Below, in pieces: positions 1-10,091 of a stretch of DNA of 64,000 nt. The position numbers were made by a program, and so were the translations under genes. Location: the IMG/VR virus record IMGVR_UViG_3300045988_158809; one strand, given 5' to 3'. The DNA comes from a virus. Each line of letters opens with the position of its first letter. Within the stretch, counting starts at the first letter, position 1. The notes beneath the pieces were generated by a model, which saw only the letters and a list, made by a program, of their open reading frames with translations, did not search any database and had not been told where the DNA came from.

Positions 1-1
1 T

Positions 2-106
2 CCTGTTGTTACCGACCAGGAACTATCTGATGAATTGAACAAATACAAGTTCAGACCCGATGTGATTGTAGATATAGAAGATGAAATATCCAGTGTGATA
101 AATTAA
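2..106 (+). CDS. 3' end of an unidentified CDS (partial at window edge)
   Basis: Frame is open from the window edge to TAA at 104-106. Same orientation as downstream genes. No motif recognised. Confidence 0.3.
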   Translation, partial: PVVTDQELSDELNKYKFRPDVIVDIEDEISSVIN

Positions 107-117
107 ATTGACTTTCG

Positions 118-750
118 ATGGCACGCGTTTTTTTGAGAGTCCCCGATTACATAGGGGCATACGTAAGAAACCGTAAGCCGGGTACACGCATCCCCATAGG
201 TGGGGATGTGTCTTTTCCTGAAAACAGTACGGTGTTCTTTCTCATCGCCGGAGCTTTGAGGGATAACCCGAACGGTGACTTTTTAGGTATTGATTGTTTT
301 TCTGAAAACCAATTCCAGCATTTTCAGGATTTGGCAAAAGGAAGTTATCCCACCGATGAAGACATCATGAGCTTTACCGGCTCTGAAAGAAAGGTGAAGG
401 AGAGAGGTGAATATATTTCCGTATCTTTGCCCAGAGAGATAGAAATAGGAGAACATCGAAAGGTGCCTTCTTCTTCATGGACATTATATCCTTCAAGTGT
501 TCCTTCTATTAAGAAGGAACTGAACCGCATGTTTTGGAGGGATTTTTTTGTTTACATGGAAAAGGAAAAAGACTTTGCTCTGGCTCATGGCACGGAACGC
601 ACGGTGATGGAAGGAATTGAGCGGTTCATGGAGCGATACGATATTCCGAATCAGTCAGGAAACGGCATGAAGAAAAACCTGAAGCGTAACTATTACCGCA
701 AGTTGGGCAGCACTTCATTTACCGAAGAGGAATACGTGGAGCACGCATAG
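118..750 (+). CDS. hypothetical protein
   Basis: 210-aa ORF with an ATG 12 nt after the previous stop. No recognisable motif. Confidence 0.55.
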   Translation: MARVFLRVPDYIGAYVRNRKPGTRIPIGGDVSFPENSTVFFLIAGALRDNPNGDFLGIDCFSENQFQHFQDLAKGSYPTDEDIMSFTGSERKVKERGEYISVSLPREIEIGEHRKVPSSSWTLYPSSVPSIKKELNRMFWRDFFVYMEKEKDFALAHGTERTVMEGIERFMERYDIPNQSGNGMKKNLKRNYYRKLGSTSFTEEEYVEHA

Positions 751-915
751 GGATTTTGAAGGCTTATTTTTGTAAATATTAAACGGTTATTTATTTATGT
801 AAAATTATAGTTAAACAAACGTCTGTTTTTGCCAATTTTTGTCACACGTATGTCACCACGCTTTATGCACGGGTTTTGTTAAATATTTTAATAGTAATAC
901 ACACATTATTATACT

Positions 916-1404
916 ATGCTTTGCGAACAGTTTAACGATATTGTAGAAATTTACCTGATACCCGAAAGTTCGGTCTCTCTTGCTACCCCTTTCCAGGTCG
1001 GTGCGCCCACTGTGGAAATTTCCGATTTTTCAGTGGCCGATGCCGAGCTCCGGAAAAACATCTGTTTTGCTCTTTCGGTTCCTGCCTTGTACGGCAAACC
1101 CACGTTCACTATGGAAATGGACGATCCTGCCGAAGTAAAGGTTACTTCGGAGAAAACCCGTGCGGGATTTCAGAAAAAAGTGTCCGTGACGGTGGAAATT
1201 TCCGATTATTCTCAGGAAGTGGAAGAAAAGATACCGGGAATAGAGAAAAAACCGCATCATCTTCTTATGTACCGTAGCGACGGAAGAAGAGTGTTCGTGC
1301 GGTGCTCTCCGTTTGCCTATCTCTGTTCAGTAGATGACACGAGCGATATAAAAACAATCCAGTTCGAGATAACCAACACGAACGGAATGCAGTTGGTTAT
1401 TTAA
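916..1404 (+). CDS. hypothetical protein
   Basis: 162-aa ORF followed by an intrinsic terminator. No motif recognised. Confidence 0.55.
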   Translation: MLCEQFNDIVEIYLIPESSVSLATPFQVGAPTVEISDFSVADAELRKNICFALSVPALYGKPTFTMEMDDPAEVKVTSEKTRAGFQKKVSVTVEISDYSQEVEEKIPGIEKKPHHLLMYRSDGRRVFVRCSPFAYLCSVDDTSDIKTIQFEITNTNGMQLVI

Positions 1405-1433
1405 TCACATAAACCCTATATTATTAGTTGAGA

Positions 1434-1467
1434 GCCGCTTGTCTGTGAAGACAGGTGGCTTTTTTTA
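1434..1467 (+). terminator. rho-independent terminator
   Basis: 10-bp stem GCCGCTTGTC/GACAGGTGGC (two G-U pairs), 6-nt loop, then a T7 run. Confidence 0.7.
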
Positions 1468-1523
1468 TGTCACAAAGTGAGTGGCTGCGGTGCTTTTCTT
1501 TGTAGAAAAATAGTAAAGATTTT

Positions 1524-3113
1524 ATGAAAGGAACATTGATTGAATTACTCAGAGAAAAGTATTTCCTGCTGGAGCCTGCATTTTTCACCGGAGCCCGCAA
1601 CCGTGTTCTTTCCGATCCTACAGGCGCGTCGTTTGCGTCACAATCGAAGGACGGTTCCGTTCAGGGTATAATCAGGTTTCGTTCAGGGTCAGCGGTGGAT
1701 TCCTTCAATTCGGGGAAAATCTGGATGGGGGATGCCGATTATATCAACCGTTATCGTGACCTCGATGATGACGACTGCATAGTGAATGTAGTGCGTCTGA
1801 CTTCCGCTATGACTCGCGGAGGTGGCGAGTGTTCGTATGGCAGTCTTGAACTGCGCGACATCATCATGGAGGCTGCCGATGTTAACAAGTGTATCGGTCA
1901 GATAATCTACTGCCGTACTCCGGGAGGCGCGGCTTCCACTCTCCGCGATTTCCGCATGGCTATCGACTATGCCCACAGCAAAGGTCAGAAAGTGTATATG
2001 TTCTGCGACGGCGACATTGCCAGTGGTGGCGCATTCCTTTCCGCTATGTGCGACGGCGTGTATTTCATGAATCCTGACGACGAGATAGGTTCCATAGGTA
2101 TGTACTCCGCATTCTTCACCATGAAGGACGGTGCAAAAAACAGCATCACTGACGAGGACTATCACGAGTATTACTGTACAAAGAGTCCAGAAAAGAACAA
2201 ATGGTATCGTGATGCGGCAAACGGCGACATGGAGACAGTGGCAAAGGAAACGGAAGAGTTTCTGGATGAACTTCTTGCAGACCTGAAAGCAGACCGCCCG
2301 TCAATCCTCGACGAACAGATGAAGGGAGCCATGTACAAGATGCGCGATGTGGTAGGCTCGCTCGTGGACGGTCAAAGCACAATGGACGAACTCGCACAGA
2401 TGATTTACAACGAATGGTATTCGAGAAACAATGCTTCGGCGACCGCCGGAGATAGGCAATCAAATAACAATCAAAAAAACATTATGAGCAAACAGTACAT
2501 TCAAATCTCTGCGTTCATAGGCAACCCAGTTGCTCTTGGATGCGACAAGGATGGCGGTGTTTATCTCCAGGCTCACGAAGCAGATGCTTTGGAAGCAAAA
2601 ATTCCTACGGTAGCCGGACGTGAAATGGAGCTCGCCAAACAGGTAATGGAACTGCAAGCCCAGCTTTCTGATGCTCAGAAACTTGCTGAAACAGTTACAG
2701 CAGAACGCAACGGATTGAAACAGCAGGTGGACGAATTGCAGAAACAGCTTGAAGGCGCGGTTCCGGGTGACGACGTTTCAGCATTGAAACAGGAACTTGA
2801 AGGAACAAAGGCTTCTCTTGCAACAGCGGAAACCGAGAATGCTTCTCTGAAAGAACAGCTTAACACCGTGAACGGCGAGCTTGAAGAAAGTCGTCAGGCA
2901 GTTGAAGACCTTAACGCTAAGGTAGCTGCATACGAGGCAGGACCGGGTAAAGGTCAGGGACAGGGTGAAGCTCCTAAGACTAACGGGTTGCAGCCAAAGA
3001 CTCCGCATCTGGAGGCGGCACCGGAATGGAATGATGCTTTGAGCGTAGCTGAAAACCGTAAGAGGTTTGAGGAATACAAAAAGAAACTGCAAGTGCAGGC
3101 TTCCCAGATGTAA
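1524..3113 (+). CDS. prohead protease (S49/SppA-ClpP-like) fused to a coiled-coil scaffolding-like C-terminal half
   Basis: 'GGAASTLRDFRMAIDYAHSKGQKVYMFCDGDIASGGAFLSAM' resembles the S49 peptidase core. The C-terminal ~180 aa is heptad-like and Q/E/L-rich. It lies directly upstream of the capsid candidate. Confidence 0.6.
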   Translation: MKGTLIELLREKYFLLEPAFFTGARNRVLSDPTGASFASQSKDGSVQGIIRFRSGSAVDSFNSGKIWMGDADYINRYRDLDDDDCIVNVVRLTSAMTRGGGECSYGSLELRDIIMEAADVNKCIGQIIYCRTPGGAASTLRDFRMAIDYAHSKGQKVYMFCDGDIASGGAFLSAMCDGVYFMNPDDEIGSIGMYSAFFTMKDGAKNSITDEDYHEYYCTKSPEKNKWYRDAANGDMETVAKETEEFLDELLADLKADRPSILDEQMKGAMYKMRDVVGSLVDGQSTMDELAQMIYNEWYSRNNASATAGDRQSNNNQKNIMSKQYIQISAFIGNPVALGCDKDGGVYLQAHEADALEAKIPTVAGREMELAKQVMELQAQLSDAQKLAETVTAERNGLKQQVDELQKQLEGAVPGDDVSALKQELEGTKASLATAETENASLKEQLNTVNGELEESRQAVEDLNAKVAAYEAGPGKGQGQGEAPKTNGLQPKTPHLEAAPEWNDALSVAENRKRFEEYKKKLQVQASQM

Positions 3114-3173
3114 TCAGGCATCAATCATCAACAAACACAACACAAAGTATTAACAACGAAAAACTCGTAAGAT

Positions 3174-4466
3174 ATGGCAGATACAGCTACATTTATCGGT
3201 TTGGAGGCACTTGAACAGATTTGTGTCAAGTATAAACCACAAGTAATTATGGGTGCGGCTCAGTTCCGCCCTGATGTATTTGAACGTATGAAAATCAAAG
3301 TCAGCACCGGACTTCGTTTCAAAGACGTTCAGAATGTAATGGTTCGCAAGGGTCATACCACACAGCGTAAGGTGGTAGGCAACGTAAAAGTCAGCACCCT
3401 TGGCTACATGGAAGAACGTGTTATGACAGGATTCCTTACTGTCAACATGTATAAGGACAACAAAGACAACTACATCGAAAAGCCTGTTACATCGGCAGAT
3501 CCTGACAATGTAGGATATACTTATCCAATGTCAGAACTTGCTTTCCTTGCTGCTGTAGCAAACTACGGTGAGGATATTTTCGACTGTCTGTGGCATGGTG
3601 ACGACGAAATAGAATACAGTGAGACTGACGAATTCGGAACGAACTACCTTCGTCTGTTCTGCGGTCTGGTAACATATCTTCGTCGTGACAAGGCAAGTGG
3701 TCGTATTTCAGTAACAAACGGCAACTATGCTGATTGCGACGGAATTACAGAGCCTGCCGATAATCAGGACGTAACAGCATACGCAAACTTCAAAGCATGG
3801 CGTATGAAATGGAAATCTTCATTGCGTAACGCTTCTGAAGTATTGGTTTACTGTACTGAAGAAACAGGTTCGGCAATTGCAGCCGGATATGGTAACAGCA
3901 AGAACAATAATTCAGGTGTTATCTATGCCGAAGATATGACTTTCAAGATTCCGGAATGGAGAAACATCACATTCTGCCCTGAGTCATCATTCGGTAAAGG
4001 TGATTTGCTTATCGCAACTACTCCTTACAACTTCGAGTATGGTGTAGATTCCAACGACTCTCGAAACTTCGTAAGTGTACGTGTAGGTTCAGATCAGGAT
4101 CATGCTGATATCAGCTTCCAGATTCAGTCTATTCAGGGATCACGTGTAAACAACGTGAACGCTTCCAACTTCTGTATGAGTAACGGTAACCTTGAACCAA
4201 GTGACATTGCAGGCGACTTCCTTAAATCAACATTCGTGGTAGTATCAAGCAATGATACTGACGGTACTGTTCAGGTTAACAGTTCTTCTCCTGAAAACAA
4301 CAAAGAGTACAAGGTTGGCACAGAACTTACATTGAAGGCTACTAACGCATCCGGTACATTCTCTCACTGGCTAATCAATGGTAAGAAATATACCACTGAG
4401 ACAGTTAAGGTTACAGCCGAAGTCCGTCCGGGCTATGCTATCGCAATGTTCACTCCGGCAGATTAA
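3174..4466 (+). CDS. major capsid protein (candidate) with a C-terminal Ig-like extension
   Basis: 430 aa, immediately after the protease-scaffold gene, with a hairpin at its stop. The C-terminal 'GTVQVNSS..YKVGTELTLKATNASGTFSHWLINGK' resembles bacterial Ig-like/InlB-B-type repeats. The call is largely positional. Confidence 0.5.
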   Translation: MADTATFIGLEALEQICVKYKPQVIMGAAQFRPDVFERMKIKVSTGLRFKDVQNVMVRKGHTTQRKVVGNVKVSTLGYMEERVMTGFLTVNMYKDNKDNYIEKPVTSADPDNVGYTYPMSELAFLAAVANYGEDIFDCLWHGDDEIEYSETDEFGTNYLRLFCGLVTYLRRDKASGRISVTNGNYADCDGITEPADNQDVTAYANFKAWRMKWKSSLRNASEVLVYCTEETGSAIAAGYGNSKNNNSGVIYAEDMTFKIPEWRNITFCPESSFGKGDLLIATTPYNFEYGVDSNDSRNFVSVRVGSDQDHADISFQIQSIQGSRVNNVNASNFCMSNGNLEPSDIAGDFLKSTFVVVSSNDTDGTVQVNSSSPENNKEYKVGTELTLKATNASGTFSHWLINGKKYTTETVKVTAEVRPGYAIAMFTPAD

Positions 4467-4474
4467 TCTGCCGG
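4455..4474 (+). terminator. perfect 20-nt palindrome/hairpin overlapping the capsid gene stop codon
   Basis: CCGGCAGATTAATCTGCCGG is fully self-complementary. There is no T-run after it, so it may be an mRNA-stabilising hairpin or an attenuating terminator. Confidence 0.35.
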
Positions 4475-4531
4475 CATTGCCTGAAGCAAGACTTAATCAT
4501 TTTATTGTATAACACTGAAAATTAGTATAAT

Positions 4532-5071
4532 ATGGCAGAAACTTGTCCTACACTTGAACACTTCAGAGAGGGCGAACAGTGTCTTGAAAACTTTGCCGGC
4601 CTCTCCCCAAAAATATATGTAGGTTTGAAGTCTGATTTGTCTGCTCCTATGACAGCCACAGGCGGAACTTATGCTACTCCTACATTTGCATCGACCAAAG
4701 GGCTTTACGAAATTGACTGTAAGGAAAATTCTGTAAATCTGAAAGGTTCCAGCCTTGGTAAGAGAAAAGGTTTCAAACAGACACTTACATTTACCATAGA
4801 TGTAGTAAATCAGATTGCAGCAAAATTGGGACGTGCATTCAACAACCTCGATATTTTCTTCATCATCCCTGATGGAGACGTATATCAAATCGTTTACGAC
4901 CCGAATAGAAAGGTAACTTTCGATACAGACGGTATCGCATCTGATACAGGTTCAGCACCGGAAGATGATCGTACAACTGTTTACACAGCTACACTTTCTC
5001 CGGTTAAGTACATGAACCAGTACGTGACAATTGACAATATTTCAACTTTGCTTGAAGGAAAGGAGGAGTAA
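4532..5071 (+). CDS. hypothetical head-module protein
   Basis: 179-aa ORF after the capsid candidate, followed by a terminator. No motif recognised. Confidence 0.55.
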   Translation: MAETCPTLEHFREGEQCLENFAGLSPKIYVGLKSDLSAPMTATGGTYATPTFASTKGLYEIDCKENSVNLKGSSLGKRKGFKQTLTFTIDVVNQIAAKLGRAFNNLDIFFIIPDGDVYQIVYDPNRKVTFDTDGIASDTGSAPEDDRTTVYTATLSPVKYMNQYVTIDNISTLLEGKEE

Positions 5072-5130
5072 TACCCTATCTGACATTAGACCGCTCAAAG
5101 TTAGATAAATCAAAACTCTTATAGAGCGAA

Positions 5131-5166
5131 ACAGCCGACATATTCATTTATGCCGGCTGTTTTTTG
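5131..5166 (+). terminator. rho-independent terminator
   Basis: ACAGCCG..CGGCTGT stem with a ~16-nt loop, followed by T6. Confidence 0.55.
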
Positions 5167-5234
5167 TCCCCGTGCGAGCGTGCGTGATGTGCATTTTTGT
5201 ATCGGAAAATATGTTCAAAAAAAGTTGTAAACGT

Positions 5235-6410
5235 ATGAATGATAGCAAATTATTTAAAGACATGACATTAGAAGAACAGGAAAAGTACCTGAAAGATTTT
5301 TCAAATTTTACTGTAGAAAAACTACCTCTTCTTTGCCAGTTGGGTGATGCCTGGACGGAAGCGAGAGTTAAATCTTTTGAGGACGGGCTTACGCTGCTCC
5401 AGGCTTTCTCTTACTGCCGTGACTTTGTGAAACAGGCTTTTTACTGGCGCGACTTCAACCGTCGCGTGAAGTCGTTTATGTACCTTATGGATAAAGTACG
5501 CAAGGAAATAAATGAAGGTCGCAGCATGAAAACAGCCGAAGGCAAAACCATAGTGGCACTGGAAGAAGACAAGAAGCCGGAGCGCGGCAGACCTTCAAAA
5601 GACAGAGCCGCAAAAGCGGAAACGCAAACTGAAACACAGCCCCCCTCTGCTTCTCCCGCACCACAACCTACCATGACTCTGCTACAGCAGATTGCATCGC
5701 AGGTGGCTGGCGTTGAACGCCTCAGTCTGAAAGAATTGTCGTGGTTGCTTACACCGGAACTTCAGGAAGAAGTGAAGAAGGTGCAGTTGCTTCGTGCCAC
5801 AGCTACAGCAGAAAGTGAACAGGCAAAAGCTTTGGCAGAAAACAACGTAGCCGCAGAAATTATCAAACCTCATTCGGAGGCTACGGTAAAGGCCATGGAA
5901 ATGATTCAAAGTATCTATAATAAAGTGGATTTGGAACTTGCGGAAGTGTATTATCGTCTTTCGGAAGACAATGATTTCGGCGGTTTCAAGGCTGCATGGG
6001 AAAAGAAAGGCGGTGCGTTCTCCGGTCTGCTGGAAATTCTTCTTCCTTATTACGAAAAAATGGGTGGAAAGGAATTTGGTGCTACACTGAAAACCAACGA
6101 CCAGGTGAAAGCTGAAAAGGAAGCTCAGAGTAAGGAAGCTGCAGAAAGAGCACAGAAAATCCATACTGCAAGGACTTACATTCTCCGTGATGATCAGGCG
6201 TTGACTTCCGACAGACTGAAACGAATGAAGGAATATCTGGAAGAATGCCGTAAACTGGAATACGACAAGATAGTAGAACTTGAAAAGGCTGTAGAGATAG
6301 CGGAAAAGAAGATAGAGGATGAAATAGTCAGCCGTCCTGATTTGTTTGCTGCATTGAAGACTACAGATTCCACAGCCAAAACCGCATCGAAAACCGCTAA
6401 AAAGAAATAA
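5235..6410 (+). CDS. hypothetical coiled-coil protein
   Basis: Long ORF. The ATG at 5235 (MNDSKLFK) is preferred over the GTG at 5172, which overlaps the terminator. K/E/A-rich helical sequence. Confidence 0.55.
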   Translation: MNDSKLFKDMTLEEQEKYLKDFSNFTVEKLPLLCQLGDAWTEARVKSFEDGLTLLQAFSYCRDFVKQAFYWRDFNRRVKSFMYLMDKVRKEINEGRSMKTAEGKTIVALEEDKKPERGRPSKDRAAKAETQTETQPPSASPAPQPTMTLLQQIASQVAGVERLSLKELSWLLTPELQEEVKKVQLLRATATAESEQAKALAENNVAAEIIKPHSEATVKAMEMIQSIYNKVDLELAEVYYRLSEDNDFGGFKAAWEKKGGAFSGLLEILLPYYEKMGGKEFGATLKTNDQVKAEKEAQSKEAAERAQKIHTARTYILRDDQALTSDRLKRMKEYLEECRKLEYDKIVELEKAVEIAEKKIEDEIVSRPDLFAALKTTDSTAKTASKTAKKK

Positions 6411-6413
6411 GCC

Positions 6414-6989
6414 ATGTATCTGGAACCATGTTGTATAGCTAAGGATTTGCCGAAGCTACTGAAGGAAAATACTTTCAGGGATAAGGCAGGCAGAACACGA
6501 AATGCGGTGTGCTTTCAGTCTGGTGGAGACTGGACGGTTACGGATCTGCTGAAATCCGTTACATGCCTTGCGGACAAAGGTCTTCTCATTCTGGCCATGC
6601 CGGATGTGGACGAGAATCTTTTGCGCACCGTGTCAACCTATCTTTCGAGGGACTGGTGCAAGGAATTGTTGCTCGTTACACGCGAGGGACAGGAAGAGCT
6701 TGTAAGGGAAAGTCTGGCAGGGCATTTGGAGAAAGTCACTTATTCGGTAAACAAAGGTCTGTACGAGGGATTTTTAGGCCTGTTCAACGGACTTAAATGT
6801 GTTGCTGTTAACGGACCTATGCTTTTGGATAAAAGTTTCTCTATCTGCCTGTATTCGGCCATGTACGGCGATGATCCCGACATTATATATTCCGCTACCG
6901 ACGCATTCCGTCCGCTGTTGAGAATGAACAGTGTGATTAAGGGTAGTGGAGAACTGACCGAAACATTCCTGAACCATAAAACCGTATAA
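6414..6989 (+). CDS. hypothetical protein
   Basis: 191-aa ORF abutting its neighbours. Confidence 0.55.
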   Translation: MYLEPCCIAKDLPKLLKENTFRDKAGRTRNAVCFQSGGDWTVTDLLKSVTCLADKGLLILAMPDVDENLLRTVSTYLSRDWCKELLLVTREGQEELVRESLAGHLEKVTYSVNKGLYEGFLGLFNGLKCVAVNGPMLLDKSFSICLYSAMYGDDPDIIYSATDAFRPLLRMNSVIKGSGELTETFLNHKTV

Positions 6990-6991
6990 CT

Positions 6992-7714
6992 ATGGGAAGA
7001 CCTGTAAGCGAAAAATACCTGGAGACATTGGGTAAGTTTGTTCTTAACGGTCTCCCTCTGAAGAATGCGGCAATGACATCGCAACAGAAGATGCGTACGC
7101 TTATCGTATATGAAGCTTATCAGGTGTTTGTACGCAACCGCCAGGTAAAGCCTATTACGCTGTGCAGAAACATCGCTCACCGTTTGTATGACACATATCT
7201 GCAGAAAGCCGAAACAGACGAGGAAGCGGCTGAAATGTGCCGTTCCTGTGGTATAGCACCGGGAAAGAAAAGGGATTTCTGTTCCCTTTCTTCCGATGTT
7301 CAGGCATTGAACTACATCGTGAATATGCTGGAGAATCCTACTCCGGCCATTGAACGGGCAAAGGTGGAGGACGCGAGCGACTGGCTTGTGCGTGAGGGCA
7401 TGAAGATGGGTAACGCCAACTCTGTGGCGAAAGGTGCCGAACTGAAAATGCGTCTGTACAAGGACTTCGACGAGAAGGAGCAGGAATTCGACAAGACAGC
7501 ACAGTCGGATATCAATATCTCAGGCGACGTGAGCATTATCAAGGCCGATCGTCAGAATTTCTCAATCGAAGAGAAGAAGAAACTCGCGAAACGCTTTGGT
7601 GGAAACATTCAGGAAGTGGAAGACCTTATCCAGAAGAGTAACGGAGAGTATGAGACTGCTCCGATGGAAACGCTTGAAGATGAAGATTTCTTTGTAATGA
7701 GTGAGGAGGAATAG
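6992..7714 (+). CDS. possible small terminase subunit (positional inference only)
   Basis: 240-aa ORF ending 2 nt before the large-terminase start. No diagnostic motif. Confidence 0.3.
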   Translation: MGRPVSEKYLETLGKFVLNGLPLKNAAMTSQQKMRTLIVYEAYQVFVRNRQVKPITLCRNIAHRLYDTYLQKAETDEEAAEMCRSCGIAPGKKRDFCSLSSDVQALNYIVNMLENPTPAIERAKVEDASDWLVREGMKMGNANSVAKGAELKMRLYKDFDEKEQEFDKTAQSDINISGDVSIIKADRQNFSIEEKKKLAKRFGGNIQEVEDLIQKSNGEYETAPMETLEDEDFFVMSEEE

Positions 7715-7716
7715 GC

Positions 7717-9711
7717 ATGGAAGTTCGCAATGTATATATGAATCACCTGCAGCAGCGTATCTATTACGCCGGAGCCAGGGATATACGTGCCGTATGTGCC
7801 CGACGATTCGGGAAGACCGACGGTATTATAGGCCCGCAGGTGAAGCGTGTGGTCGATTCCATGCCGCAAGGAGCAGGTATCTGGGCCGGAAACAGCCGGA
7901 AACAGCTTTTTACACGTACCGTTCCGGCCACAATCGCCGCCATCGAACGTTTCTGGGGACTTCGTGAAGGGGTACATTTCTGGTGGGGCAGACCGCCTGA
8001 GAAACTGGGTGTGCCGCGTCCTATCATCAAGCCGAAGGACTGGAGCCATGTAATTACGTTTTATAATGGTTTTGTGTGGCATCTTGTGTCTCTCGAAACA
8101 AGGGGGTCTGCCAACTCTATGACAGTGAACTACATAATCGTCGATGAAGCGAGATTTATAAAGAAGGAGAAGTATGACGCCGAAGTACAGCCCACGCTGT
8201 CAGGTATTACGCATCCGCTTGGTCATGAAGGTTTCACAGAGTATAATCCGTTCTATAAAGGCACTCTTATAGTGAGTGATGCCGGACTCTCACAGCGTGA
8301 GAACTGGATGGAAAAGGAAGAGGAGAAATGCGACCAGACGCTTGAATCGGGACCTTTCAAGGGAAAGACTTCGCGCCAGCTTCAGGTGGAGCTTGACGGA
8401 TTTGCGGAGAAGGTGATACGTTATAATAACCTTATGTATAACGCAAAGAAAAACGGCAGGGAAATTCTTGTGTCCGACGAAAACAAGATTAAGGAAATAA
8501 AAGCCATAGCTGAATCGTGTTTCTCGCGTACAGGTCCTTTCAAGATACTTCCTGCTCCCGGAGTAACGAAACAGAATGTGGATATGCTGGTGAACTACAA
8601 GGTTATTCCCGCCGATGACGCGCGTCTGCTTTACTCGTACGAATACTTGATTACAAAGTTCGACCTTATGGAGATAAAGGCCATTAAGGACATGAAATCC
8701 TATAAGGAGCATATCCGTAAGCTACGCTGCAATACTTTCGCCTTTTATCGAGGCAGCACGCTCGATAATATAGACCTATTAGGACCTGACTATATCGCCA
8801 AGATGAAGCGTGACCTTCCGCCGGTGGTGTATGCTATTTCCATTCTTAATATGAAGAAACAGCACAGCAGCGACGGATTTTACTCCAAACTGGATATTGA
8901 CAATCTGCATGGATATGTTCCTGAAGACTGTCCGGCTGTGGAGAAAAGTGTACGCCTGAAGATAGCGAGCCGCGAGATAGGTGGGCAGACCATAAACACA
9001 GACTACGAAACGCCGGACTTCGACGAACTGCAACGTGTGAAGAACTGTACGCTGGACGGCGACGTGGTACCGCATCTTCCGCTACATATAGCATTTGACT
9101 TCAACGCGAATATCAACTGGGTGGTGACTGGACAGGTGCGCCATGATCCGGTGGTAAACCGTGAGGCACTTATGGTACTTTCATCCATGTTCGTGAAAAA
9201 TGAAAGAAAACTCGGTGAACTTGTCGATGATTGGAACAAGTATTATGCTCCGCACAAGGCTACATGCCGCGATGTGTATTTCTACTATGACTCGACCGCA
9301 AAGCATAAGGGATATGCGATAGCAAACCAACAGGACTTTAAGGATTTGATTATAGAGAAACTGAGAAAGGCGGGCTGGAACGTGATAGCCATAGACATGG
9401 GCCGCCCGATGGAACACCGTTTCAAGCACAAGGATATAAACGAAGCTCTGGCCGGTGTTACTTATCCTTTTATCCGCATAAACAAGGAAAACAACGAGGC
9501 TCTTATCGTGGCAATGGAGAATACCGGCGTGAGGGTAGGAAGAAACGGTTTCGAGAAAGACAAATCGAAAGAGAAATACGTCGAGACGGAAGTTGATCCT
9601 CTGGAGTTAAGAACAGACGGAACCGACGCTTTCGACTCCCTCTTTATCGGCGTGAAACACTTCCGCTATCAGATGGCTGGCGTGTGTATGCCCGTTATCG
9701 GCAATCTGTAA
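7717..9711 (+). CDS. terL: terminase large subunit
   Basis: Walker A-like 'CARRFGKTDG', Walker B-like 'VNYIIVDEARF', and a C-terminal nuclease-like 'HIAFDFNANINWVVTG'. 664 aa. Confidence 0.75.
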   Translation: MEVRNVYMNHLQQRIYYAGARDIRAVCARRFGKTDGIIGPQVKRVVDSMPQGAGIWAGNSRKQLFTRTVPATIAAIERFWGLREGVHFWWGRPPEKLGVPRPIIKPKDWSHVITFYNGFVWHLVSLETRGSANSMTVNYIIVDEARFIKKEKYDAEVQPTLSGITHPLGHEGFTEYNPFYKGTLIVSDAGLSQRENWMEKEEEKCDQTLESGPFKGKTSRQLQVELDGFAEKVIRYNNLMYNAKKNGREILVSDENKIKEIKAIAESCFSRTGPFKILPAPGVTKQNVDMLVNYKVIPADDARLLYSYEYLITKFDLMEIKAIKDMKSYKEHIRKLRCNTFAFYRGSTLDNIDLLGPDYIAKMKRDLPPVVYAISILNMKKQHSSDGFYSKLDIDNLHGYVPEDCPAVEKSVRLKIASREIGGQTINTDYETPDFDELQRVKNCTLDGDVVPHLPLHIAFDFNANINWVVTGQVRHDPVVNREALMVLSSMFVKNERKLGELVDDWNKYYAPHKATCRDVYFYYDSTAKHKGYAIANQQDFKDLIIEKLRKAGWNVIAIDMGRPMEHRFKHKDINEALAGVTYPFIRINKENNEALIVAMENTGVRVGRNGFEKDKSKEKYVETEVDPLELRTDGTDAFDSLFIGVKHFRYQMAGVCMPVIGNL

Positions 9712-10086
9712 ATGTCACTATCCCGTGTGTGCGTATATCTATTTTTGCTACAAAGAGAAACATTAGAAAACATGCCTAAGAACGTAGAAAAACTCAGCTA
9801 CAATCTGATAAGGATGTATGCCGAAAACTTTGAATATACCGACAGGAACGGTATTCGGAAAAAGGGGTTCAATCCTTCGGCGGATGCGACCGACATAAAG
9901 CGTGTTCCGTTCTACATCAAATACATAACAAGGGACGGAGTAGTGGAAGAAGGTACGGTGGAATGTGTCTCCGTTGATACTTTCCGCAAGCAGCGCAAGA
10001 TAAGATACGTTGAAAGCGGAGAAATCCGTGTGGTAAGGGATTACCTGGTAGTGGAAATTGACGGAGTGAAATTTAAAACGCTATAG
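9712..10086 (+). CDS. hypothetical protein (start uncertain; alternative ATG at 9772)
   Basis: 124-aa ORF between terL and the portal candidate. Confidence 0.45.
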   Translation: MSLSRVCVYLFLLQRETLENMPKNVEKLSYNLIRMYAENFEYTDRNGIRKKGFNPSADATDIKRVPFYIKYITRDGVVEEGTVECVSVDTFRKQRKIRYVESGEIRVVRDYLVVEIDGVKFKTL

Positions 10087-10091
10087 TGGAA

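Noticed and set aside
5172-5234. Upstream extension (GTG start) of the 5235-6410 ORF. Similar N-terminal extensions occur at 17588, 29544, 30549, 34357, 34728, 55243, 57945, 61183, 61958 and 41491-41562.
   Set aside because: These extensions overlap terminators, conserved non-coding repeats or upstream genes, and they encode odd hydrophobic or low-complexity peptides. Internal ATG starts give sensible N-termini such as signal peptides and the J-domain.
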